Source: a virus (Duplodnaviria; Caudoviricetes). Taken from it: DNA of 64,000 bases. A program made the translations under genes and the position numbers. The first letter of the stretch is position 1. The number at the start of each line of letters is the position of its first letter. The stretch spans positions 1 through 64,000 of IMG/VR virus record IMGVR_UViG_3300019378_000951; one strand, given 5' to 3'. Below, piece after piece: positions 29,705 to 40,048 of this stretch. The notes under the pieces are model-generated. The model saw only the letters and a program-made list of their open reading frames with translations. It was not told the DNA's origin and searched no databases.

Positions 29705-31195
29705 TTATTCTTCCCCTTCTATATTATTAATTTCTTGTTCATCATCCATTTCCATTCTATTTTTAAATTTATTAAATTTGGTTGTAGAATTCATATACCA
29801 TGCAGCCTGAGTCCAAACATCTTTCCAGAATATATCTAAATTTGGTTTTTCTAAACCTTGTTTTTTAGCGCTACGATAAGCACGTTGTCTAAGAGAAGTA
29901 AGCATTGATGTCTGTTTAAATACAAAAGGTTTATCTTGCAGTTCTTCATATTTAAAAGCTTCAATTATTTGAATACCTTCAACTATGTATAATGATCTTG
30001 TATGCCACAATTCATTAACTATATATCTTATAATTCTTTTAGTAGATTTATAAAATTTTTGTCGGTCCCTAGCACCAGCACCCTCATGGCCCTGATCGTG
30101 GACTTTGGAATAACCATAATCCATATCGAATTCCATTGCTCTTTTTATTAATTTTCCTAGTTTATCATCACTATCTGCAGCATTGGCATGTCTTTCTATA
30201 GCATCTAATTCTATAATTTTAGCACCATACGTTGCAGCTAACTCCCTAGCTAATGTAGACTTACCCGATCCACTAAGTCCTGTAATGAAAAGAATATTCT
30301 TCCCAGGTGTAGGTTTCCATTGATCTAGATTACGATAATTATCATCTATATCTTTTACAAGATTTACTTCATGAAGTAATATGCACTCTTCAAGTAAATT
30401 ATTTAGTTCGCTATTGTTATTATCCGTTTCAACCCCCTCCTTATTCAATCCAAGGACATCATTTTTAACACCATAATTAATCATATCTTTATAATGGCTA
30501 ATATCATCTCCTACTTTTATTCTACCGGAAGCGACATCTTGTTTTATCCATCGTCTATAAGGATCTCTGTGATTATCCAATATTCTATTAAGAATTGGAC
30601 CTCTTTTATATTTTATGTATTTCATTTTGTTGCACTCTTTAGCTTTTAGCCACTCATCAACTGAAACTGTTCTAAAATATTTATCTAATAATTTTCTTGT
30701 TACTAATATTTTATGTTTTTTATATATTGGCATTGGTTTACTTACTGTATACTCTTTTATCGAAGGGACAGATCCCATTTCAATATCATTTGCTTTTATT
30801 TTTATTTCATATACATAAGTTATTATTTTTTTATCTACTATCATCTGTCTTAATTCATTGTCACTTATTCCATTTTTATTTTTAAGCATTAGTTTATCAC
30901 CATGGGCTGGAACCATTGGCCACATGACCCCAACTTCAGCAAAGCGTTGAACAGCCCAGGCAATAGACCATTTCATAGCACTTTCAAAATCATCCCAATA
31001 ATAACAAGACCATCTAGGTTTACTAAATTTAGTAGCTCCTACGTTTGGACCCATTGGCATAATTTTATTATGTATATCATCAAATGTTCCATGATAAAGA
31101 GAAACTGTTTGGTTAGTCAGTTTCTCTATAGGTTTTTCAAAAAATACAAGAGATTTATCTATAAAATTATCAAAACTTTCATTATAATTTTCCAT
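29705..31195 (-). CDS. Two-domain protein: ADP-ribosyltransferase-like domain plus P-loop kinase
   Basis: LYHGT...CYYW...YVYE...KEY; ILFITGLSGSGKST; linker LLEECILLHE. Confidence 0.6.
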   Translation of the reverse strand: MENYNESFDNFIDKSLVFFEKPIEKLTNQTVSLYHGTFDDIHNKIMPMGPNVGATKFSKPRWSCYYWDDFESAMKWSIAWAVQRFAEVGVMWPMVPAHGDKLMLKNKNGISDNELRQMIVDKKIITYVYEIKIKANDIEMGSVPSIKEYTVSKPMPIYKKHKILVTRKLLDKYFRTVSVDEWLKAKECNKMKYIKYKRGPILNRILDNHRDPYRRWIKQDVASGRIKVGDDISHYKDMINYGVKNDVLGLNKEGVETDNNNSELNNLLEECILLHEVNLVKDIDDNYRNLDQWKPTPGKNILFITGLSGSGKSTLARELAATYGAKIIELDAIERHANAADSDDKLGKLIKRAMEFDMDYGYSKVHDQGHEGAGARDRQKFYKSTKRIIRYIVNELWHTRSLYIVEGIQIIEAFKYEELQDKPFVFKQTSMLTSLRQRAYRSAKKQGLEKPNLDIFWKDVWTQAAWYMNSTTKFNKFKNRMEMDDEQEINNIEGEE

Positions 31196-31205
31196 TATAT
31201 CACTC

Positions 31206-31796
31206 CTAGTTATCAGTAGGATGTTGTTTTTCAGCCATTACTTTATTATATGATTCCACTATACCTTCTATTGAGTTTTGTTCATAACCAACTTCCTCCC
31301 AACAATCTCTTCTAACAGATGGTATTGAAGCCGCTTCAATTAAATCCATGCTTTCTTCACATCTTCCGGGAAAATCTTCAGGTTGAGAAGCTCTTTGTTT
31401 TACCATTTGAACAATACGTTTTCTTGTAGGTTCGTACATAGCTAATGCTTTTTTAGCGCCTGCAACTTCTTCCGGTTCCAATATTCTAGCTACATTAACT
31501 GCTGCTTGAGCTTTAAATAATATTTCTACCATAAGCTCATATACGCCTTCAAAAGAATATTCTTCTCTTAAACAATGGGCTGCATGTTCTAATGCTCTTT
31601 TATATTCATTTGGTAAATTTTTTAATTCATTACGAAGTTCACTTCTAGCTTTTATAGCTCCTTCTCTTTTTCTAGCTGCTTTTTTGTCTTTAAATTTTTT
31701 AAATAAACCTTCTTGGTATATGTAATCTTCTAATAAAGACATTAATTCTCTATCTATATTCAATTTATTCATCTCCTTTAAACTTATAGCTTTCAT
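31206..31796 (-). CDS. Putative internal head protein
   Basis: LLED and YQEG motifs followed by a basic helix. Confidence 0.5.
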   Translation of the reverse strand: MKAISLKEMNKLNIDRELMSLLEDYIYQEGLFKKFKDKKAARKREGAIKARSELRNELKNLPNEYKRALEHAAHCLREEYSFEGVYELMVEILFKAQAAVNVARILEPEEVAGAKKALAMYEPTRKRIVQMVKQRASQPEDFPGRCEESMDLIEAASIPSVRRDCWEEVGYEQNSIEGIVESYNKVMAEKQHPTDN

Positions 31797-32034
31797 CTAA
31801 TAAATCATTATCAATACCAGCACCTAATAAATATGTACTTATTGTGTTAACAGTTTGATTTTGGGTAATATCTTTATAAGGTTCTAAATCTTTAAGTGAG
31901 CAATAACCATATGTAGCTATTTGTGAATAAAGTCTTTGCTTAGTAGTCCCATCAGCTCTAGGTCCAAGAAATTCTTCAAGAGCATGATCCAATCCAACAG
32001 CTGTCATAACATATGTTTCTGAGTCAGATATTCT
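31765..32034 (-). CDS. RNA polymerase beta C-terminal subunit, exon 2
   Basis: RISDSETYVMTAVGLDHALEEFLGPRAD resembles RpoB RFGEMEVWALEAYGAA..LQEMLTVKSD. Confidence 0.8.
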   Translation of the reverse strand, partial: RISDSETYVMTAVGLDHALEEFLGPRADGTTKQRLYSQIATYGYCSLKDLEPYKDITQNQTVNTISTYLLGAGIDNDLLDESYKFKGDE

Positions 32035-33262
32035 CATAAATGTTTTAATATGATTCGCTACATCATATCACACTATATATTTCTATATAGATCAGACTAT
32101 ATCTTAACTATTTCTAGTTTGCCATATTTCCATTCGCTTGAATGTACTCTACTCCCTTATTAACGGTTTCGATAGTCGTTGAACTACTTACTATTTTTTC
32201 TATATATGATTCAAGATTTTTAAAACAATCATGGTGAATTCTAAAAAGTTTTATATTATTAACTTCACAATATTCATTTTTCATTTTGTCATGTAATTTC
32301 AATCTCTCAAATGATTCGTCTGTATAATAAGAATCTTTTTCAAAATGCTGCTTTCCATCATACTCTATTAAATATTTTAATGAGTCGTTTTCGTTTAATA
32401 TTGCAAAGTCATATCTAAGCTTATAATTGCTATTAACGGAACTTACTAAATTATCAAAAGTATATTCTCTTTGATACTTTATACACATATCCTCTAATTT
32501 TTTGGCTATTCGTGTCTCTGCGATACTATTATCTTTGCAATAAGGACACCTTCTTCCTCTCCTAAACATATTAGGTGTCACTAAATATGTGTTATTACAT
32601 ATTTTATGAGTTACTTCCATTTTTTCATCGATTCCAATATAATCTCCTAATATATAATCATTTAAATCTGAAAAATGTGATATTGTTTCCATATATTCTT
32701 CTTTAGTATTACGTTTTTTATCCCCTCGTATATCATTAGCACATTTAGGGCATCTTTTACCATTTTTGAAATTATTATAAGTTACAGGATATTCAGTTCC
32801 ACACTTATTGTGTTTTATATTAATATGTGTATCTTCATTTTTATATATTTCATTTGGTAAAACTGTATAGCCTTTTGATTCTATATCTTTAAATACTTCT
32901 ACTTGATCTAACTTTAATTTTTCAGCGATGGCATTTTTAGCACATTCATGACATTTGTGCTTAGATTTTTTAAAATTATATGGAGTAGTCTTCCATCTAT
33001 AATTACAAGGTTTGTGTATAAACTCAGTTTTTGTATTTTGCCCTTTATACTCACCAATCATTTCAAAATCTTTCAATTCTTTCATATAGTTTTCAAATTC
33101 TTTACGGCTTTTTTCTTTTCTTGATTCATATATTTTCATATAACATAAACACTCCTATCTCATTATCGTATATAAGAATGTTTATTAAAAATAATAAATA
33201 GCTGCTGATTGTCCAAATTGGAGTTTCCAGCAATTAATGGCATTTTACATCACCAAAAGTCT
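32035..33262 (-). mobile_element. Group I intron in RNAP beta-C gene, with homing endonuclease
   Basis: P1 AUCGCU/GGUGAU; AAUUGCUGG...AAUCAGCAG; P7 GACUA/UAGUC; terminal G; splicing restores DDKIA-RISDSE. Confidence 0.9.
32114..33139 (-). CDS. Intron-encoded endonuclease (zinc-ribbon repeats plus Vsr/DUF559-like domain)
   Basis: Three H-x-x-C...CxxC repeats; LRYDF...IEYDGKQHF; 3' end overlaps the intron core (SSTTIE). Confidence 0.85.
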   Translation of the reverse strand: MKIYESRKEKSRKEFENYMKELKDFEMIGEYKGQNTKTEFIHKPCNYRWKTTPYNFKKSKHKCHECAKNAIAEKLKLDQVEVFKDIESKGYTVLPNEIYKNEDTHINIKHNKCGTEYPVTYNNFKNGKRCPKCANDIRGDKKRNTKEEYMETISHFSDLNDYILGDYIGIDEKMEVTHKICNNTYLVTPNMFRRGRRCPYCKDNSIAETRIAKKLEDMCIKYQREYTFDNLVSSVNSNYKLRYDFAILNENDSLKYLIEYDGKQHFEKDSYYTDESFERLKLHDKMKNEYCEVNNIKLFRIHHDCFKNLESYIEKIVSSSTTIETVNKGVEYIQANGNMAN

Positions 33263-34228
33263 AGCGATTTTATCATCTCCGGATACTTGTCCTGTTTTCA
33301 TGTTTCTAGATTTTATACTTGTAGAATATGTATTCTTTTTAGATAGTATTTGTTGTAAACGTTTTACTTGTATATATCCTACCGATACGGGATATCTAGT
33401 TCTTAATTCTTTACCATTTTCATCATGTCTGAAATATACATATTCATTAGTAGGTACTTTTAAATAGTCTAATCCATCTTTAATGTCTTTAAGAGTAGGC
33501 TCGTTCTTATATGGCAATATTTCCATATATAGATTTTCTTCTGGGTCGTCTATTAACTTTCTTACCCATTTATCAAATTGTTGGTCTGTCATCTCTTTAA
33601 ATGCATTTTTATAGAATTCAGTATTTGTTCCAGTTTTATCTAACTTACTCATTGTAGTAAGTATATGACTTTCTATTTTCTTTCTCTTAGAATTAGAAGA
33701 ATTATTAGCAGCTTCGGTAAATATCATTAATTCTCCTGTATCTTCATTTAATCCTAAGTCCAATCCGTATCTTTTACTAGCTTCTTTTAATGAATTTATT
33801 AAAGTTAGTTTATCTTTCATATTAGTTATATCTTCTAATGATTCATTGGCAATTATTACATCTGAAACATTGCGTAATCTAAATAATCTTTTATCAGGTA
33901 TTCCATAAAATCTTTCATTATATGATTTAATACCTTCCTGAAGCGTTCTTAATCTTATAGATGAATCTGGTTTCATTATAAGTTCTTCACCAGGTAATAT
34001 ATTCTTACATGCTTCTAACATCATCATAGTACTCATTCCAACACCCGGAACTTTAACTAAATGACAATTATAATTAATACTATCTTCTGTTATAAACTCA
34101 CCTAATCTTTCATTAGGAGTTATAAATACTTGAGATGCATCTTTTTGAAATGGAGTACATATATAACTACCTTCAGTTATTAATTCAGTAGCTTCTATAT
34201 ACTCATTATAATAATCTATTTTATACAT
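33263..34228 (-). CDS. RNA polymerase beta C-terminal subunit, exon 1, with N-terminal SET-like domain
   Basis: PVSVGYIQVKRLQQ...SRNMKTGQ resembles RpoB PVTVGYMYMLKLHH...TQQP. Confidence 0.78.
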
Positions 34229-34238
34229 ATTCAACCTC

Positions 34239-35408
34239 CTATGCTTTAACTGATCTTTGCATTATTAATACTATATAAAAATATAATGCTTTACGATAAT
34301 TAATTTTTGTAGCTTCTCTATTAGTCTCTTGATAGTTTTTACTGTTAGATTCTAATAATTCATCAAGTATTCGTTTTATTTCCATTATTGATTTCTGTTT
34401 AGTATTTGATTTACTATATATTTTAATACATCTTACCACAAATGCAGAAGTGCCTAATGAAGCTTCTGTATTTTCAGGGTCGCTTAAATAAGTTATTAAT
34501 ATATTTCTCATTAATTCATTTATTTCTTCGGTCTTACTATTTTTAACATTAGATATTGCATCCACTAAAACATTATAATCTGCTTGTGACGCTTTAGCTG
34601 CTAAATGTGCATCTTTTTCACTAACTCTAGTTGTAAAAAAATCAGCGGCTGCATTTCTAGTTTTATTCTCTATCGTACCAGATAGATTTGTAGTTAATAT
34701 AAAATTATCATTGTCATAATTATCAGACTGACTAAATATTGCATTTTTTTGTTCATAATCTGTATAATATTCTTTTGAGAAAGTTTGCATTAAACTATTT
34801 AAACGTGAATTCATTGAAACTAAGTAGTCTAAAGCACCAGTATCACCATTTTTTAATAATGCATCTTTCATCGCATCATGATTTACATCTGCCATATGCA
34901 TTAATACTTTCATTAATACCCCATATTGTTTAAATAAGAATTTATTACTTATTCTATTTATTGTAAATTCCATTATATCAGGATTTGGTAAGAATTTAAA
35001 GTATTTAGGATGTATTATACTATAAAAATGGAATATTAAATGTAACGTAAGTGCTTTTACAGCTTCTTTATCTTTTTTCTTTTCATAGTATTTAATTAGT
35101 TCTATTACTAAATAATTATGAGGAGTACTTACCATAGTATACATTATGGGTTTTCTTACAGCTTTATCCGAATCTATTGCAAGTTTAGCGTCATTAACTA
35201 ATTTTTTATCTATTTTCCATATATCAAATACTTTATCTCTTTGACTTTCGTTAAATAATAAACGATAAGCTGGAATACTTGCTGAAAGAACTTCATTATT
35301 ACGATCTATATATGCATTAAGTTCTCTACGGAATTTATTTTTCACGATCACTGAATCGTTAGCTTTAATCATTTCTAATAATTGACTATCTAACGTATTA
35401 TTTCCCAT
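34239..35408 (-). CDS. Helical hypothetical protein, co-transcribed with RNAP subunit
   Basis: 389-aa ORF with upstream late promoter motif. Confidence 0.6.
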   Translation of the reverse strand: MGNNTLDSQLLEMIKANDSVIVKNKFRRELNAYIDRNNEVLSASIPAYRLLFNESQRDKVFDIWKIDKKLVNDAKLAIDSDKAVRKPIMYTMVSTPHNYLVIELIKYYEKKKDKEAVKALTLHLIFHFYSIIHPKYFKFLPNPDIMEFTINRISNKFLFKQYGVLMKVLMHMADVNHDAMKDALLKNGDTGALDYLVSMNSRLNSLMQTFSKEYYTDYEQKNAIFSQSDNYDNDNFILTTNLSGTIENKTRNAAADFFTTRVSEKDAHLAAKASQADYNVLVDAISNVKNSKTEEINELMRNILITYLSDPENTEASLGTSAFVVRCIKIYSKSNTKQKSIMEIKRILDELLESNSKNYQETNREATKINYRKALYFYIVLIMQRSVKA

Positions 35409-35501
35409 TATCTAACCTCCTTTATAGTAGTTCAAATTATTACGAATAATCGTATGTTTTTTATTCTTTATCAAGAGACAAAAAAATAAACCCTTAAGGG
35501 T

Positions 35502-35939
35502 TTATAATGCTAAATCTACAATATATTGAAACATAAATTTTTTATATTCGCTGTAGTTTTCTTCTATCCAAGGAACAATATAATTGACATAGTCTTTAAA
35601 AGTTTCAGCTCTACATCCATCTAATGATTTATGACTTAACGCAATTATTCCTCCTCCGACTTTAAACTCAATAACTGGTTTTTTAAAACTTGAGTTGTAT
35701 GAGTTTAGATTCCTAGTAGTCCACCAATATCCATACTTTCCAGTTTCTATATCAAATAATACAGAAACCTCAGCAAAATTCTTTTCTAGGTCAGTACAAC
35801 TATAACAACGTATGACATGATCTATATAACGATTATCTATTACTTCATCAATTTCTATATCAATAATTTTTTCATTATCAATTTTAACTTTAAACCAACC
35901 ATGTTTTAGATTCATTTCTGGCTTTCCTATTATACTCAC
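35502..35939 (-). CDS. Small protein, C-terminal-tag paralog family
   Basis: VLFDIETGKYG; ends QYIVDLAL. Confidence 0.7.
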   Translation of the reverse strand: MSIIGKPEMNLKHGWFKVKIDNEKIIDIEIDEVIDNRYIDHVIRCYSCTDLEKNFAEVSVLFDIETGKYGYWWTTRNLNSYNSSFKKPVIEFKVGGGIIALSHKSLDGCRAETFKDYVNYIVPWIEENYSEYKKFMFQYIVDLAL

Positions 35940-35988
35940 ATTATGACCTCCTAAAAATAAAAATAAAGGAATGTCTTAAGACATTCCT

Positions 35989-36378
35989 TTATATCATAAA
36001 ATTTATATATGCTTTCTTTAATTCTTTATTGTCATCTTTTGATAGCCATGGGTGTATTCTATTAATATATTCGTTATAAAGATATTCTGTACTAAATATA
36101 TAATCGTCGTCGCAATCTTGATTTAGTATACAGTTTTCGTCCAATGCAAATATAGTATCATCATGATATTCAAATTTAAAATAATAAGAAATTTTTTTAA
36201 AATAATCATCATTGTCAATAGTTTGATTTTCAAATACACGCCATGCAAAACCAAATTCGTTACTATCAGTATCATATAGTATAGTTATAGCGCAATCATT
36301 TTCATTTTCGTTAAAACCTTTTATTAATATATAATACTTGTCTTTGTTGTCACATCTTTCGAAACTATCTATATGCAT
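35989..36378 (-). CDS. Small protein, C-terminal-tag paralog family
   Basis: ILYDTDSNEFG; ends KAYINFMI. Confidence 0.7.
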   Translation of the reverse strand: MHIDSFERCDNKDKYYILIKGFNENENDCAITILYDTDSNEFGFAWRVFENQTIDNDDYFKKISYYFKFEYHDDTIFALDENCILNQDCDDDYIFSTEYLYNEYINRIHPWLSKDDNKELKKAYINFMI

Positions 36379-36391
36379 AGACGAACCCTCC

Positions 36392-38842
36392 TTATGGTAT
36401 TGTTACATCTATCACTTCATCATTTCCATTTAAATTCATTATTCCAGCACCAAATGTAGGACGCTTATAAACTGGTATATCTGATATTGGTATACTTATA
36501 ATATTACTAGAACTAATTAGAGTTACTCTTTCTTCCATATTACAAGGTTTTATAGATACTAAATAATTATCTTTTAACTTAGTCGCCATAACACCTTTAA
36601 CTCCTCTATTCATTAGCTGTTTACTTCCATCGGCTTTAGTGCTATAGAATTCTTCAGTTTCAACAAGTTTTCCCATACCATTGCTAGTTACTACTAACAT
36701 ATGGGTTGTATCTTCTCTTATATAGTCCATACTTACTATAACATTGCCTTCTTTTATAACATCTGTGTTAAATGCTATAACACCCATACTTACCCTACCA
36801 ACAGTAGGAACTTGATCACTACTCATTACTATTGCATTTCCACCGCTATGACCTAGTACTACTTGTTTTGGTTCTCTAGAATCAATTAACATAGCCCCTA
36901 CAACTTCATCATCATCTGCTAACTTAATTGCTATAAGACCACTACTAAATATATTAGTGTATTCTGTCAGCGGAGATTGTTTAATACGGTTCTGCTTAGT
37001 AACTATAAGAATATTAGTGTTCTCCATATCTATATCTTTAGGTACACATATTACATTACTAATTCCTTCATTGTTTATAGCACTCCTTATACTAGTTCCT
37101 AAGTTTTGTCCACTTTCAGGGAACTCATGCACTGGGAACTTATAAACTTTTCCAACTTTAGTAATTACCCACATATCATCTCTTTCATTCATGTTGTTTA
37201 TTGATACTGGATAATCCCCATCTTTAAGTTTCCCTAGTTTAATTCCTTTACCATTACGTTTTTGTGTTTTAAGTGGAGCAATTTTCTTAACAAATCCTTC
37301 GTGAGTTGCTATTATTCCACGTTGAACATCTGGTACGTCCATTTCATCTAAATCTAATGATAATGAACTAACTATCTTAGTCTTACGTTCTTGTATTATC
37401 TTTTTATCTTTTAACGCTTCTAATAATTCATCTTTTATTAGTAATTCTATCTTACGACTATCTTTAAAGAATTGCTCTTCTTCTTTTACTTTTTGTTGTA
37501 AACTGGCTCTTTCATTCTTGTTATCTGTTAAAGATGTATTAGATATACGATAAAGTTCCATTCCAGCTATAGCTTCTGCTTGTTTATGAGAGAAACTGTA
37601 ATCGTCTTCAAGCATTCCTATAACTTCAGTTTTACCTTTACAAGCTTTTATCTTAGTTATTACTTCATCTAATATATCTTCTTCAACTAATTTTATCAAT
37701 GCGTCTAAAATGTGTATTCTATAATTCCATTTTTTAACATTATTAAGTTTAATACGTCTTATAGTAAATACTCTGAAATTAAGCCATTCATCAAACACTT
37801 GTTTGATATGAGTATATATCTTAAATTTACCATTAACAACACCTAATATTATAAATGGTATAGTGTTTTGTAGATTAGTGTATCTGTATAATTTTTGCTC
37901 AATTTCTTGTAAATCATAATCTTTCTTTACATAAAGTATTAATTTAATATCATCTTTTGCTGACGCGTCTTTAACTTTACTTATACCTTCTATTATAGGT
38001 GGTAAATCTTTTTTACCTTTAGGGTCTTTACGTTTTTCTATTATTGTTGATAATTGTTTCTTATAAGATATTAAGTTAGTCATCCAAGGTAATGAAGTTA
38101 TTATTACTGCATGTTGTTTTTCATCTAATGTAACTTCACCTCTCATAGTATACTTAGATCTACCAGTTGTATATGCATTTCTTAATGTTTCATCATTTGC
38201 TATTATTCCACCTGTTGGTAAATCTGGAACTAAGTTTATCTCATGGTTTTCATCATCAATATACTTAATCATTTCTTCTAATACTTCTTTTGTATTATGA
38301 GCTGGAACATTTACACTATATCCACCAGCTATACCAAATGCTCCATTTATTAAATAGAATGGAAGTTTAGCTGGCATTACTTTTGGTTCTTTGCCACTAT
38401 CATCAAATGTGTTTATATAGTCTACAGTTTCTTGATTTAAATTGTCTACCATATATCTTTCAGCATTTTTATGCATACGTGCTTCAAGATAACGAGGTTT
38501 CGCTGGTTCATCACCATATATTGAACCGTTAGAACCATTTGTGTCATACAATGTAATATTATTAGACCACCATTGGCTCATATTAACCATACATTGATAT
38601 AAACTTGCGTCGCCGTGCGCATGATAGCTCATACTTTCACTAATTATCTTTGTAGATTTAACGTGAGCTTTATCTGATGTGTACTTTCTATTCGTTGATC
38701 CAAATAATAATCTTCTTTGAGCTTCTATTAAACCATCACGAGTATCAGGAATACCCCTATGAAGTATAATTTCTTCATAATAATCCTTCATATAATCTAC
38801 TAATAGTTCTCTTATCTCAATTGGAATTATGTTTTGTGCCAT
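36392..38842 (-). CDS. gyrA: DNA gyrase subunit A
   Basis: IPDTRDGL..QRR, YHAHGDAS, AKPRY active site, PDLPTGG, GyrA-box-like QKRNGKG, pinwheel repeats. Confidence 0.9.
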   Translation of the reverse strand: MAQNIIPIEIRELLVDYMKDYYEEIILHRGIPDTRDGLIEAQRRLLFGSTNRKYTSDKAHVKSTKIISESMSYHAHGDASLYQCMVNMSQWWSNNITLYDTNGSNGSIYGDEPAKPRYLEARMHKNAERYMVDNLNQETVDYINTFDDSGKEPKVMPAKLPFYLINGAFGIAGGYSVNVPAHNTKEVLEEMIKYIDDENHEINLVPDLPTGGIIANDETLRNAYTTGRSKYTMRGEVTLDEKQHAVIITSLPWMTNLISYKKQLSTIIEKRKDPKGKKDLPPIIEGISKVKDASAKDDIKLILYVKKDYDLQEIEQKLYRYTNLQNTIPFIILGVVNGKFKIYTHIKQVFDEWLNFRVFTIRRIKLNNVKKWNYRIHILDALIKLVEEDILDEVITKIKACKGKTEVIGMLEDDYSFSHKQAEAIAGMELYRISNTSLTDNKNERASLQQKVKEEEQFFKDSRKIELLIKDELLEALKDKKIIQERKTKIVSSLSLDLDEMDVPDVQRGIIATHEGFVKKIAPLKTQKRNGKGIKLGKLKDGDYPVSINNMNERDDMWVITKVGKVYKFPVHEFPESGQNLGTSIRSAINNEGISNVICVPKDIDMENTNILIVTKQNRIKQSPLTEYTNIFSSGLIAIKLADDDEVVGAMLIDSREPKQVVLGHSGGNAIVMSSDQVPTVGRVSMGVIAFNTDVIKEGNVIVSMDYIREDTTHMLVVTSNGMGKLVETEEFYSTKADGSKQLMNRGVKGVMATKLKDNYLVSIKPCNMEERVTLISSSNIISIPISDIPVYKRPTFGAGIMNLNGNDEVIDVTIP

Positions 38843-38875
38843 AATATCACCCTCCTAATTTAACTTATTATAATT

Positions 38876-39310
38876 TTAAATCATTGAATCAATTATTGCT
38901 TTTTCTACATGTTCATGGAATTTTTCTGGGTCTTCTGCAATTTCATTTTTAATTTTTTCTAAAAATCTAACATCCGCATCGTACATTACTTTATTAACTG
39001 CAAATAGTCCAGGAACTTTTGAAATTGCGAGCTGCCATACTGTCGGTTTTTGCATATTGTGAAATGTTACGTTGTAGACCCAATCATTTAATATTGCCTC
39101 ATTTGTGTATAACATTTCTTTTATTGTAGCTTCGAAATCTATTGTGAATTCTCTCGTAGATATGTTATATAAAAATACTAAATATAAAAAATGTTTAGAG
39201 TCGTCTTCATACGCTTTTATTGAAATCCAGCCTTCTAGACCCTCCTCTGAAGTTTCTACGTCAACAGAATATTTTCTGTCTTTAAATATAAACGGATTCA
39301 ATTTTGTCAT
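38876..39310 (-). CDS. Small protein, C-terminal-tag paralog family
   Basis: FLYNISTREF; ends KAIIDSMI. Confidence 0.7.
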   Translation of the reverse strand: MTKLNPFIFKDRKYSVDVETSEEGLEGWISIKAYEDDSKHFLYLVFLYNISTREFTIDFEATIKEMLYTNEAILNDWVYNVTFHNMQKPTVWQLAISKVPGLFAVNKVMYDADVRFLEKIKNEIAEDPEKFHEHVEKAIIDSMI

Positions 39311-39385
39311 CTCCTAAAAAATATGAGATGACAGGATTTATCCTATCATCTCACACTATAATATAATATATGTTCGTAATAAGTA

Positions 39386-39994
39386 TTAATCTTCATATAA
39401 AAGTTTACATTTCTCATCATTTGCAAGTATATCATATTTTAATTTATCGGGATTTCTTTCTATAAATAAATCTTTAAAACTATAATTTTTATAAAGTCCT
39501 ATGCAAGTAAATCCTCCAATATCATCGCCTATTATTCTAAGTTTTCCAGCTTCATCATTCATTTCACATAAAATATAGTCGTCTATATCTTTTTCGCTTT
39601 CAATACCTATGTTATCCATTATCTGATCGTACATTTTTTCATATGTTTCATCTAAATTTTCATCGCTTTCGTTAAGAGTTACTATTATTGTTTTTGGTGA
39701 AGCATATGTTATCATAGATACTTTAAAATCTTTGTCATGCTCTACAAAATTTTTTATACATTCACGAAGTTCATCGTTCATTTCATTTAATGGTAATATT
39801 TTAGAAATATGTATTCCTTTTTTAGCTTTATCTGGGTACATTATTTCATTAACCATATAAATACTATTATTATATTTATACGCTAATACATCTATATCTG
39901 ATAGGAAATTTATAGTTTCTCCCATAAAACCGTCATAATTTACATCTAAATTATAATGTATTTTAAAAAGAGCTTCCTTATTATTTTTTGCCAT
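39386..39994 (-). CDS. Hypothetical protein
   Basis: ORF with RBS GGAGG. Confidence 0.6.
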   Translation of the reverse strand: MAKNNKEALFKIHYNLDVNYDGFMGETINFLSDIDVLAYKYNNSIYMVNEIMYPDKAKKGIHISKILPLNEMNDELRECIKNFVEHDKDFKVSMITYASPKTIIVTLNESDENLDETYEKMYDQIMDNIGIESEKDIDDYILCEMNDEAGKLRIIGDDIGGFTCIGLYKNYSFKDLFIERNPDKLKYDILANDEKCKLLYED

Positions 39995-40048
39995 ACTTAT
40001 ATCCTCCTAAGTAATAATATTAAAAAAAATTAGATCCACATAGTGGAT

